Shown here in pieces: positions 26,179 to 35,868 of a stretch of DNA of 64,000 nt. How positions within the stretch are numbered: position 1 is the first letter of the stretch; every line of letters starts with the position of its first letter. Origin of the DNA: a virus (taxonomy: Duplodnaviria; Caudoviricetes); the IMG/VR virus record IMGVR_UViG_2885360797_000005; one strand, 5' to 3'. The notes under the pieces were generated by a model. It made no database searches and was not told the origin of the DNA. It saw only the letters and a list, made by a program, of their open reading frames with translations. A program made the translations under genes and the position numbers.

Positions 26179-29100
26179 CTATCCGACAATGACGAATTTT
26201 CCGCGGAAGGCGAGCCGACCACCGCAGCTCGCGACCGAGCTCGAAGAAGCGTAGCTCGCGCTCGCATAAGCGAGGCCGCCACTCGCACTCGAGTTGTTGC
26301 CCGACCGCAAAACCACACGGCCACGGAAGCCGGGCAACCAGTGTCCTGCCGCATAGTGGGTAGTGTATCGGCTTGTGTCGGTCTGATGCACCTTACTTGC
26401 AAGAATGTCACACTTTGCGCCGTGGACTACACGCACCACGCAGTTACCGTTGCCGGTTACTGTCTGCACAACACGTTCCGTCTTGGTGATTGGGTCATAG
26501 ATATGAGCCTTGTAATCAATCGGGTCATCGTTGTTGTTATCAAGACAGCGGTTTTTATAGAATTCGGCATAACTCTTAACGTTGCAGGCGATATAGTCCA
26601 TCCACTCCGAGTCACAGCCGACATAGTGCTTGAGTCCCAGTATTGAGTTCATGGCATTGCCGACATATTCCGTGTCAGCCATACCGATGGAGTCACGGCT
26701 GTTCAGCGTTGCGTCATGCGCTCCGTTGCCGACAACAGCCTGCTCGTTGGTCGTTCCGCTCAATGCCCACCATAGGTTGCTGATTTCCTTGTGCTGTTCG
26801 TAGTCTTGCAACTGATAGCCTGCTCCGCGCCTGCGAGTGCTGTTTTGGAAATCCTTATCCGTGTAGTGGATTGTGCCGACTGGGGTTTCGGTCGGGTTGC
26901 CGTCTGAATCATGCGCCCACTCGGACGAGGTGGTTGAATTGCCGTCACCTTTTTTGGAACGGATAGCACCCGAAAGACTGCGAGGCATTTTCAGTCCGTC
27001 AATAGTAATCGGGTATGTTCCGATGAGGCTGTCGTTCTCGCCGACCGTGTGTTCAGTCCATTCGGGTTCGATCGCCTCAATGTGTGAACTGTCAACGGCA
27101 AGACACATGATGTCGCCGATGTCGCGGTATGAGGTGAAGTACATCCACTTTGCACCGCTCGGCACATCGCAGAAGACGTAGTTGCCGATTGAGAAATCAA
27201 AGTAGGTGTGGCTTACCTGCATGATGAACGAGCCGACAATCTTGCCGTCAGCGTCAGTAAAGACTGCGCCGAGGCGTGCGTGGTTCAGTCCGGGCCAGCG
27301 TGCCTGCTTCATGCCCTCTACGTCCATGCGATAGGCGTTAATGTTGGAGGCTGTGGCGATGACAGTATCATCAATGGTTTCTCCAACCTGCGCTTCGTCT
27401 GCATAGACCCCGGTGTTTTCAGCATAGAGCAGTTCCGAAAGCATAGCCTTAACGCTCTTGTTGACGGTCGATAGAGGTTCATTCTCCGTGGTAGAATACA
27501 AGATATATTTCTTCTGATTCTTGTAATCGTTCACCCCCTTGTACCAGTGGTGCGGCAGGTGATGGAAGATGTCGAAACCCTCTCCGGCTTGGTCGGAGTT
27601 GTCAAAACTTTCGCCCGAATTGAGGTAGCCGAAATCGGTGTCGCTCAACTGCACTCCCTCCATTTGATTGAGTTTGGAGTTGAACGTACACTTGTAGGCG
27701 TGAATACCCTGCTTGATTTTGAGGGTGTGACCGCTCGGCGCGAATGCCTTGTTGTAGTCTGCGCCAGTCTGATTTTCGGGGTTACTGTACCTCTCGCAGA
27801 AATCTCCGCCGATGATGTCATCAATCTTCAGCAACGAGAACTGGGAGTTGATGAGGTCGAGTTCGGGGAAATAGTTGCTCAGCGTTGTCATGCCTGCGTT
27901 GCCGTCCGTGTCAGTGTCCTCAATGAGTTCCGACAATATCCAACGGCCCGTGATGCCCGAACACTGTCCGCTCTCTTCGTAGGCTTTGCCAGTCGCGTCA
28001 AGTCCGATGGCGCCGGTCTTGCGCAGCTGACGGAGTACCGACACACTGGCGGTCATGTTGATGTTCGGAATGCGAACCTCGCGGATTGCTCCTGCCTCTG
28101 CGATTGTCATCACAAGGCTCTCCACGTCCACGAAGTCGCAACCCTCTACCCACAGACGGTTGATGCCGTTGACGCTTGCCAGTGTCAGACCGCCGGGATA
28201 TGTGAGCCTCGGCAGGTTCACAAGTTCCAGTTTGGTTACTGACGCAGGCAGTTTCAGCGTTTCGATAGGCGATGTCTGCGCAAGGTCGCAGTTGGTAAGC
28301 AGTGTGTTGCTTGCGTTGATTGATTCAATGCGCGGACAGCCCTTTGCATCAATGCCAGTAGCAGTGGTGTTGCTCACGTCAAAGATGCGCAGGAACGGCA
28401 TATCTCCCAACGTCAGGTTGCCGAGAGGATTGAAGCCGTTGAGCGCGGTGTTCTCGGTGTGCTTGTCACCGCCCAGTATGATTTCTTCGGCAAGCTGCAA
28501 CTTGCTCAAATCGTCAAAGTGGAACGCGAGGGACATTTCCGAAAGGTCAATCTTGCTCATGCGCCCAGTCTGATAGATGTAGAGCAGTGCGCCTGAGTCA
28601 TGGGCGAAAAGCGTGAACGCGTGGGTCTGTCCTGCTTCCAAAAAGACGGATTCCGACAACTGACCGCTTGCGTCATTACCGATTCCGAAATATCCCGGAG
28701 CTGCTGCGGTGATGTAGATTTTAGAATCGGCTTTGATGGCAGACACACGTCCGCTCAATGGATTGGTAAAGAAGTCGCCTGTCTGATAATAGCCGTCACG
28801 GATTGCCCAACGCTGTTCGATGAATCGGGGCAGTGTTGTCAGTCCCAGGCCGTGAAGCGCGTAGAAGTACGGCAGGTTGGCTATGCCAGTGTGGTCAATG
28901 TACTTGCGCTCTCCGTCATACGATGATACGACTTTGGGCCAGAATTTCAGACGCTTCTCCACAAAGAAGTATAACGCTCCATCGGGCGAGAACGGAACGA
29001 GGGTCTTGCCGTCTATCTGCGCTGTCTGATTACGCATTCGGTTCACAACACTCTTCAGTGATATGGTGGTCGTGCCGAGGTCGTTGCTGTTCCAGCACTC

Positions 29101-32100
29101 CTGCTGACGGTCCATGTTGTTGAAGAGTACCGAGCCGTAACCCATGTAGGGATTGGTATAACCGGTAGCTTCATCAGTCATCTTGTTGGGGTCTACCTCC
29201 GCGTCTATGTCTCGGCCGCCGTCATTGTCTGCGCCGTTGCAGGTGTCACAGTCATATACCTTGTTAAGATACATTCGGGTTGGCTCCATATTTCGGTAGC
29301 CGGAGTAAACGCCGTTCTCTACCGAACAGCCGTCCTCCAAGAAGAACATAGGCTGCATATTCTTGGCTCGTTGGTCAACAGCCGCGAGATAGTCAGTAAA
29401 GGCGGTGTATGCCATTGCGCTCTCAAGCGACATATAGCGGTAGGCGTTCTCTCTCCATATCTTCTCCCACCCGTTGACTTTGGAGTAGTCGCAGGAGTTG
29501 AAGAAACGAAGCATATTGAAGAGGTCGTAGGGTACTTTCTTGCCGAGTGCCAAATCCTCTTGGAGTTGGTCATCGTCAATCATGCACTCAAAGTAGTACG
29601 TCCATGCAGGATATTCCGTAGCCGCAAGTCCGAGTTTGCGAACCCATGATGAAATCTGTGTTGACGGCTTCATCATGTCTTCAATAGTCGCTACACCCTG
29701 CCACCAGTCCATACCTGCATATTGCAGTAGTTCGTAACCACTCACCGGGTTAAGCACATCGCCGGTCACAACCCACATGCCGTCAACCTGCTTCATTGAG
29801 CCAGTCGAACGTGTCCATGCGCCGTTCTTGTAGCGGTAGATAGCATAGTCGCGTCCGCAATACTGTGATATGAGATACACATTCTTTTGGGCGGCCTCTG
29901 TATTTGTTTCGGGGTCTGCCTTGAAACGAGCCTCGGTTTGCGCGAGGGTTTCATCGGGTGTGCCGAAGTATTCCACAAAGTCTCCGTAGTTGAGACAGCC
30001 TTTGTTATAGCCGGGTGTATCCTTGAAGCCGAGGGCGGTCTGCTCTCCCTTGTCCTCTTTCCAGTTGCCCTTGGCATGAAACCATGCGTCCTGCAAGGTG
30101 TCGGTCGTGGCGCGGAAGCAGGCTATCGGGTGGTTCTTTGTGGAATGGTCCATCTGACGACCCGTGATAACGTCTCCGTTGGAAAGAATCTGACGCCCGT
30201 CAAAGGCTCTTTGCGCCGGGGTCATGTATGACGAGCCGAGAGAGCGGAATGTGGCGTTCATCATATCGCACACGCCGCAGTCGTTGGCATTGGAACTGTC
30301 GGAATAATCGACTTTGACAGTAACCACGTCAATAAAGTTACCAGTCTCAGCGCAAAACACCTTTCGGTCAGCAGCAGCCTTGATTGCGTTGCGTCCAAGT
30401 TCGGTGCTGTCATCGGGATTGAGCAGGGTGACGGTCGCTTTAAGTCCTGTGGTCTTGTTCTTCTTGTTGAAGTTGAAGCGGTCGTTCTTAATGGGTCGCT
30501 GTGCCGAAGTCGTTCCCTGCCTGCGCCAAAGCACATTCACAGCCTTGAAGTTTACTTCCGGATGCTGTGGGTTGAAGTAGTACAGCGTGCAGGCAAACTG
30601 GTCGCTTGTTGATGTACCGCCGTTCAGAGCATAGTCGAAATTATTGAATGTGGTCTGGTCGGCGACAATCACATAGTAAGGTATACCTTTGGCCGCCATA
30701 AGGCTCATGGACGGCTTGCCTGTCGTATCCAGTACATTCTCTTTGTCATACTCCGCTATCATGGCGCGGACATCGCTCAACTTGCAAAGGTAGTTGCGGA
30801 ATGCCTGCAACCATTCCATATAGGAGTTGTAGGCCATGATGTAGTTGAGGTTGAAATCGCCGTTCTCGGAGTTGAACGTGATTGTCCTGTTCTGACGCAG
30901 TGCGCTCGTTCCCGGCTGATAGCCTATGGCGGCGCACTCCTCGCCGTTGACGTAGAGTTTGACAAAGGAGTAGTTCGTTCCGCTGGATGCGTCTGAGGCT
31001 TTGTATGTGACATACTTGCTCCCCGGCTCAACGACAACGGCGACTGTCACTTTCTCTCCGCATTTGAAGCCTACGCGCTGTCGCCTCGGCGTGCCGTTAA
31101 GCACTGTCAGCACAATCTCATTGCCACGTATATAGAAGCCGACACCTGCCGCAGGGTCGTAGCACTCGCAGAGCATAGCGTTTCTATCCTTGATACTCTT
31201 GGTGGAGAATGCCAACTGGATGGCGGCTCCGCTCGTTTCAAGGGCAGAGGGCGAGAACGGCGCATAGGGTATCTCCGCTTTGACATTTTCGGCGATGCGC
31301 AGGACATTCTCACCGAGGACGGACACAAAGCCGTTGGAGCTCCAGTTACTGCCGATGACCTGCATCGTGTAGCCGTTGTCCTTGATGGTGTGGTCGCTCT
31401 CGCTGTTGTTGCGTGTGGAGAAATCGTAGGCGAAGAGTGCGCCCTCTTTGATCTCAGCGTCAATGGCCGAACCCTCGACCGTGAGTGTGATTGTATAGGA
31501 CTTGGATGTTCCGCTCTGTGCGTACACGTCAAAACTCTTGCTTCCGTCCGAGGCATAACCTTGAATCTGCTTCGTTACATTGAGCGTCTGACTGGTTTCG
31601 CAGTTGGCGGTAGTGGCTATATGTCCGTCAATCATTACCTCAATGGCTGTGCGTGTTTTGCCCGGAGTGTAAGCTGCGACATCAAGCGCGATGGAATCAT
31701 ACAAGCGCACTTTACCCTCGTTGCGGTCATCGTATCGCATGACTACAATCGGCGTGCTGTTGTTTGCGTCAACGCACATCACGGCTGTGTAGATTGTATT
31801 GCCTGTCACACCCGAAGCAATGTCTTTGCCTTGAATGCGCAGGGGGTATGCGCCGTGCGTCAGTTGTTCGGAATTGCCGAACACGTTGTTCGGGTCAATG
31901 CTGATGTTGTGGCTGTACTGGTCTGTGACCGTAGCCGTGCCGAGGGTGTGCCATGCGCCGTTGTAGAACATCTCGGTTGTCACCAGTATGCCCTGTTTGG
32001 TGCTGACGTTGTTTTCAAACTTATACATCGGCAGGCTCTTCTCGCGTCCTCCTGCTTCAAGAGCGGTGGCGGCTGAGTAGTTAAGTGCCTGCACACAGGT

Positions 32101-34581
32101 ACACGTCACGTCAACGGCGGTAACGCTGATTACACGAGTGCGCTCGTTGCCGTCCGCGTCAGTGGCTTTGATTTTGTAGTCCTTGCTCGATGCCCCGGTT
32201 ATGAACTCGGTAAAGTCAAATTCAAATTTGAGGTCATTGGCTGATGTTGAGGACGGCTGATTGACAACCTCACTCCACAACTCTATATTGGTGGTCGGGT
32301 CGATGATACTCAGTGAGCGGATTGTTCCCAGTACCTCATCTTCGCCGTCATAACTTACGCTCTTGATGGCGGCCGACAAAACGATTTTACCACCATACGC
32401 GCCCCATACGGCAGAGTCGCAGTAGATGGTGAGTGTGCTTCCGCTCTGACCGCCACCGCCGTTGCTCTTGGGTATCTTCACGGAATCGCCGAGAGGTTCG
32501 CCTGCTTTAGTTACGGCTTGTATGATATAATCCGATGGGGCGGGTTCTATCTGCAAGCCTCCGAATGAGCGTTGTTCCATATCGTACGCGCCGCCGGTTG
32601 ACAATGCTTTAGTGCCGTTTACCTCTGGCTCGTTGCCGAGTTCAAAAGTAGAGCCACCGCCACCGCCGAAGTCTGGCCATAGGTCATCGCCGTTTGTCGC
32701 GGATATATCCTGCACCTGCCCACGGAACTGCTTTGTCTCCCATGCATGGGGCGTTTTGGAAGAATCCCTGCGGTAGGTTATGACAAGTCCGGATTTGAGA
32801 TAGTTTACCCCGGTGGTGTCGCGCAGGTCAATGAGTGCCTGTATGGCAAGCGACATGGTGTAGTCTTTATCTTCGCACACCTCATTGACATTCACGATGG
32901 CTTCTGCGCCTGCGCTCATGCCTGCGAGATCGAGCCAGTTTTCACTGCTCAAAACATCTTCCTTTTCAAGTGTCGCGCCGACATACTGGTATATCTTCCA
33001 CGCACCGTGAGCAACGGCAAAGGTAATCTGCAAGCCGAAACCTGCCTTTCCCTGCTCATAGACTATCGCTGGAGCATAATACTTGGTGTCGGTCGGGTCG
33101 TTCAATTGATAGAACAACTTGTCGGGGTCGCTTGTGGGTATTTCCGATGTGAGGTTGAACGTATTGCCGACTGAAGCCCCTCCGACCATTGTCAGTTTAT
33201 CGTTGATAATGCGGTATAGTCCGTCTGCCATACGATATAGACAGCCGGAATTATACGTCATGTCAGAGTTATATTCTTCTTCAGGGAGGTCATAAAAATT
33301 GGTGTTGCCAAAACTGCGGAAATACCAACCGCCCTCTTCATTCGGACAAAGCCATACACCACTTTTAGGTGTAGTGCCGGTTCCATCCCATTGACCGTCA
33401 CAAAGCAGAATCCCTAAGTTGCGCAATCGGTTGGCTGTGTTTTTTAGATTTTTCTGCAACTGCGCTCCTTCATCGCCGGGGAACGCCGTGTTTGCTGTAC
33501 GACCCAGTGCAAGGTCATTACCAATGATGACAAGTTGTGTGCCACTCCAACGATAGGTTTTATTATCTGAGGTAGAAATATACACCTTGCCACCTTCGGG
33601 GATTCTACCTTTTGCGTCACCTTCACCAAAGGAGCCACCGTCAAGCCAGTTGTTGTAGTAGGTGAATTTTGATGTGATGAGTGAGGCTGTTCCGTCCGTA
33701 AGTTCCCAGTAATCCACAACGTTCAATAGAGGCAACGCCTCAACGCTCTCTGCGGTGGCGGTGGCAGGAGTGTTGAGTGTCTTTATCGGGCGCAATATCT
33801 GCTCTCTCCATTGTGTACGCTGTTCATCGGGTATGGCCAAATGCGACACTGCAAGAATAAATCGGTTGCGGTCGCTGTCATAAACCACCATACAACCGGC
33901 ATCAGTTGATTTTTTGTTCGCTGATTGTGCAAGCGGTGTTATGTCGGAGACTATGGCATTGAACTCTACGACATCATCAACGAAGCCGGGAAGCTGCGCT
34001 GACGGAACTTTGCCGTTTGCGTCAAGAGAGGCCAGGCCGTTAGCCTTGCCCTTGCTGTTGTTGATGCTCTGAATGCTTGTCTCAGCATTGGTCACGCGAG
34101 TTTTCAGGCCGGACACATCGGTCGTGAGCGTATTGACCGAACTGCCGATAGTGTTTATCTGCGTGCGTATCTGCTCAATGCTCTGTGCGTTTGCCGATAC
34201 ATCTTTCGCCAGTTCTTTCAAATCAGCGTCAAGGGCCGCAACGGCATCGTTGTACTGTTGGCTGTCAATGGTCGGGTTGCCTGCCGATTCGCCGGTCGCT
34301 ACCCATGCACCGCCGTCTGCGATGTATAGGGGCGCAGGCAGGGTGTTGCCGACTAATGCCCACCAACCGTCATGCGGTAACGGATATGCCTCACGGAGTT
34401 TAGTCACGTCAAGGAAGATACCTTTGTTGGGGCCTTTGATGTTTCGGGCATCAAGCCATCCCTCAACTTTCAGATTCTTCTTGACAGTCGTATTCCCCTG
34501 TATGGTCGCGTTACCGCCTGCGGTGACGTGTCTGCCGATAGCCACATCACCCTCAATTTCGGTTGTCTTTATCTGACTCAT
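26179..34581 (-). CDS. 2800-aa tail fibre/receptor-binding protein, DGR target
   Basis: Fibre-type N-terminus (coiled coil, GLASLDANGKVPSAQLP, YRWSGT), Ig-like and LamG-like beta domains, CotH-like region, LRR-like repeats, C-terminal CLec-type end (EW..., VVLRSG...GGRLAF) containing VR. Confidence 0.9.
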   Translation of the reverse strand: MSQIKTTEIEGDVAIGRHVTAGGNATIQGNTTVKKNLKVEGWLDARNIKGPNKGIFLDVTKLREAYPLPHDGWWALVGNTLPAPLYIADGGAWVATGESAGNPTIDSQQYNDAVAALDADLKELAKDVSANAQSIEQIRTQINTIGSSVNTLTTDVSGLKTRVTNAETSIQSINNSKGKANGLASLDANGKVPSAQLPGFVDDVVEFNAIVSDITPLAQSANKKSTDAGCMVVYDSDRNRFILAVSHLAIPDEQRTQWREQILRPIKTLNTPATATAESVEALPLLNVVDYWELTDGTASLITSKFTYYNNWLDGGSFGEGDAKGRIPEGGKVYISTSDNKTYRWSGTQLVIIGNDLALGRTANTAFPGDEGAQLQKNLKNTANRLRNLGILLCDGQWDGTGTTPKSGVWLCPNEEGGWYFRSFGNTNFYDLPEEEYNSDMTYNSGCLYRMADGLYRIINDKLTMVGGASVGNTFNLTSEIPTSDPDKLFYQLNDPTDTKYYAPAIVYEQGKAGFGLQITFAVAHGAWKIYQYVGATLEKEDVLSSENWLDLAGMSAGAEAIVNVNEVCEDKDYTMSLAIQALIDLRDTTGVNYLKSGLVITYRRDSSKTPHAWETKQFRGQVQDISATNGDDLWPDFGGGGGSTFELGNEPEVNGTKALSTGGAYDMEQRSFGGLQIEPAPSDYIIQAVTKAGEPLGDSVKIPKSNGGGGQSGSTLTIYCDSAVWGAYGGKIVLSAAIKSVSYDGEDEVLGTIRSLSIIDPTTNIELWSEVVNQPSSTSANDLKFEFDFTEFITGASSKDYKIKATDADGNERTRVISVTAVDVTCTCVQALNYSAATALEAGGREKSLPMYKFENNVSTKQGILVTTEMFYNGAWHTLGTATVTDQYSHNISIDPNNVFGNSEQLTHGAYPLRIQGKDIASGVTGNTIYTAVMCVDANNSTPIVVMRYDDRNEGKVRLYDSIALDVAAYTPGKTRTAIEVMIDGHIATTANCETSQTLNVTKQIQGYASDGSKSFDVYAQSGTSKSYTITLTVEGSAIDAEIKEGALFAYDFSTRNNSESDHTIKDNGYTMQVIGSNWSSNGFVSVLGENVLRIAENVKAEIPYAPFSPSALETSGAAIQLAFSTKSIKDRNAMLCECYDPAAGVGFYIRGNEIVLTVLNGTPRRQRVGFKCGEKVTVAVVVEPGSKYVTYKASDASSGTNYSFVKLYVNGEECAAIGYQPGTSALRQNRTITFNSENGDFNLNYIMAYNSYMEWLQAFRNYLCKLSDVRAMIAEYDKENVLDTTGKPSMSLMAAKGIPYYVIVADQTTFNNFDYALNGGTSTSDQFACTLYYFNPQHPEVNFKAVNVLWRRQGTTSAQRPIKNDRFNFNKKNKTTGLKATVTLLNPDDSTELGRNAIKAAADRKVFCAETGNFIDVVTVKVDYSDSSNANDCGVCDMMNATFRSLGSSYMTPAQRAFDGRQILSNGDVITGRQMDHSTKNHPIACFRATTDTLQDAWFHAKGNWKEDKGEQTALGFKDTPGYNKGCLNYGDFVEYFGTPDETLAQTEARFKADPETNTEAAQKNVYLISQYCGRDYAIYRYKNGAWTRSTGSMKQVDGMWVVTGDVLNPVSGYELLQYAGMDWWQGVATIEDMMKPSTQISSWVRKLGLAATEYPAWTYYFECMIDDDQLQEDLALGKKVPYDLFNMLRFFNSCDYSKVNGWEKIWRENAYRYMSLESAMAYTAFTDYLAAVDQRAKNMQPMFFLEDGCSVENGVYSGYRNMEPTRMYLNKVYDCDTCNGADNDGGRDIDAEVDPNKMTDEATGYTNPYMGYGSVLFNNMDRQQECWNSNDLGTTTISLKSVVNRMRNQTAQIDGKTLVPFSPDGALYFFVEKRLKFWPKVVSSYDGERKYIDHTGIANLPYFYALHGLGLTTLPRFIEQRWAIRDGYYQTGDFFTNPLSGRVSAIKADSKIYITAAAPGYFGIGNDASGQLSESVFLEAGQTHAFTLFAHDSGALLYIYQTGRMSKIDLSEMSLAFHFDDLSKLQLAEEIILGGDKHTENTALNGFNPLGNLTLGDMPFLRIFDVSNTTATGIDAKGCPRIESINASNTLLTNCDLAQTSPIETLKLPASVTKLELVNLPRLTYPGGLTLASVNGINRLWVEGCDFVDVESLVMTIAEAGAIREVRIPNINMTASVSVLRQLRKTGAIGLDATGKAYEESGQCSGITGRWILSELIEDTDTDGNAGMTTLSNYFPELDLINSQFSLLKIDDIIGGDFCERYSNPENQTGADYNKAFAPSGHTLKIKQGIHAYKCTFNSKLNQMEGVQLSDTDFGYLNSGESFDNSDQAGEGFDIFHHLPHHWYKGVNDYKNQKKYILYSTTENEPLSTVNKSVKAMLSELLYAENTGVYADEAQVGETIDDTVIATASNINAYRMDVEGMKQARWPGLNHARLGAVFTDADGKIVGSFIMQVSHTYFDFSIGNYVFCDVPSGAKWMYFTSYRDIGDIMCLAVDSSHIEAIEPEWTEHTVGENDSLIGTYPITIDGLKMPRSLSGAIRSKKGDGNSTTSSEWAHDSDGNPTETPVGTIHYTDKDFQNSTRRRGAGYQLQDYEQHKEISNLWWALSGTTNEQAVVGNGAHDATLNSRDSIGMADTEYVGNAMNSILGLKHYVGCDSEWMDYIACNVKSYAEFYKNRCLDNNNDDPIDYKAHIYDPITKTERVVQTVTGNGNCVVRVVHGAKCDILASKVHQTDTSRYTTHYAAGHWLPGFRGRVVLRSGNNSSASGGLAYASASYASSSSVASCGGRLAFRGKFVIVG
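26206..26321 (-). repeat. DGR variable repeat (VR)
   Basis: Encodes RVVLRSGNNSSASGGLAYASASYASSSSVASCGGRLAF, versus TR-derived RVVLRSGNNSNANGGLAYANANNASSNSNTNYGGRLKF. Confidence 0.97.
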
Positions 34582-35213
34582 ACTAAAAGTTGTTTGCTAA
34601 GTTCTGACATTACTGAGGATAGTTCGCTCTGACCGATTGTGGCAAGTACAAGCGAGGCGGCTTGATAGACCACCGACATATAGCACCGCTCCGGGATTTC
34701 GATACCGCCGTCACAATCCACTTTCGGTAGAGGGATATAGACGGCCTGCTCAACGGTCGCGGTCTTGTCCTTGCAGGAGAATAATTCCAGCGCACGGCCC
34801 TCGGCTCGGCTGACAATAGCCACAACTGGTTTCTGCGGATTTCCTCGCAGTCCCTTGTAGCGTGAGAATTGCAGCTGATACTGAGGGTCGGCGGCTGTGA
34901 TTGGTTCATACACTGGTCGCTCCCAATCACTCATTTTGAAGATTAATAGGCGCATGAAATCTTCGGGCAGGAGTGTCCAGCCCGAACCTTTGCTTCGCCA
35001 AAAGACGGCATCGCCGAATGGCAGACCGCCGTCAAGCAGGTGCGTGGGTGCTTCGGTCACAACCCTGCGCACAGCCTCGACAATCTTGGAGCGCACAATA
35101 TCGTTCAGCGACAGGGTGTCAATATCCTCATCGGCTACCAGTTGTTCGCTCGTCTTGTTTTCGTCTATGGCGATACGCACGTCACGCGCGATTTGCAGGA
35201 TTTTATACACCAT
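34578..35213 (-). CDS. Putative head-tail adaptor/ring protein
   Basis: Position after the capsid genes; LPEDFMRL, PQKP and YIP.P motifs, plus a C-terminal helix pair. Confidence 0.55.
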   Translation of the reverse strand: MVYKILQIARDVRIAIDENKTSEQLVADEDIDTLSLNDIVRSKIVEAVRRVVTEAPTHLLDGGLPFGDAVFWRSKGSGWTLLPEDFMRLLIFKMSDWERPVYEPITAADPQYQLQFSRYKGLRGNPQKPVVAIVSRAEGRALELFSCKDKTATVEQAVYIPLPKVDCDGGIEIPERCYMSVVYQAASLVLATIGQSELSSVMSELSKQLLV

Positions 35214-35225
35214 ATCGCCGGACGT

Positions 35226-35789
35226 TTACACGAAGATTATTTCTACGTTGTGGACCTTGCCTGCGTTGATGATGTCCTCGCGGTTGCGCAGCTTGCTACG
35301 GACGTAGCCGAAAGTCTGCTCAAGGTAGTCCTTTGCATCATCGTTGCAGGAAAACTCCACCTGCGTGAGCGGTGCGGTCGGCGCGGATTCTTCGGGCTGT
35401 TCCTCGGATGTCGCGCCGTCCTCGGCGTTGACCTCGGCGGCCTCTGCTTCCTCGGTAGGTTCGGGGACTTTCTCGGCTTCTGCCGTGGGCGTGGGCGCAG
35501 GATTGCGCCGCTCTGCGATTGCAGTAGCAGGCTTGGGTCGCTCGATGTGGATTTCTTCATCCAGTTCTATGGTTCGGACAATGCGGATGCGTCCGCGCTT
35601 GAACTCGTTGCTGTTCTCTATTGCCTGCTGAATGAGGAAACTACTTGTGGTATATGTGGCAGGTGTCACGCCGATGGCATTCATACTGCCTCCAGTAAAT
35701 GTAACCTTGAGGGTATTCTTACCGAAGCGGATGATGCTCTGATATTCCATCATGCCCGACACGCCGTAGGTTATTCTCTTTTTTTTCAT
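35226..35789 (-). CDS. Hypothetical structural-region protein with an acidic linker
   Basis: 187 aa, two small domains joined by an E/A/P-rich linker. Confidence 0.65.
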   Translation of the reverse strand: MKKKRITYGVSGMMEYQSIIRFGKNTLKVTFTGGSMNAIGVTPATYTTSSFLIQQAIENSNEFKRGRIRIVRTIELDEEIHIERPKPATAIAERRNPAPTPTAEAEKVPEPTEEAEAAEVNAEDGATSEEQPEESAPTAPLTQVEFSCNDDAKDYLEQTFGYVRSKLRNREDIINAGKVHNVEIIFV

Positions 35790-35805
35790 TGTTGTGGCAT
35801 TTATT

Positions 35806-35841
35806 AAAAGAGGCGGACGGCATTTCTACCAGTCCGCCTCT
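35806..35841 (-). terminator. Rho-independent terminator after the capsid gene
   Basis: agaggcggac/gtccgcctct 10-bp stem followed by a T-run on the minus strand. Confidence 0.75.
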
Positions 35842-35868
35842 CTGTTGTTTACTTAGTCTTGATGGGCC

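Noticed and set aside
25924-26321. TR/VR pair as a CRISPR array or simple tandem duplication
   Set aside because: Only two copies, no spacers or cas genes, and the A-specific mismatches identify a DGR.
25786-26646. 286-aa plus-strand ORF, and the 170-aa minus ORF 25899-26411, spanning TR and VR with an internal repeat
   Set aside because: Shadow frames of the TR/VR duplication; Arg/Val-rich with no plausible start context.
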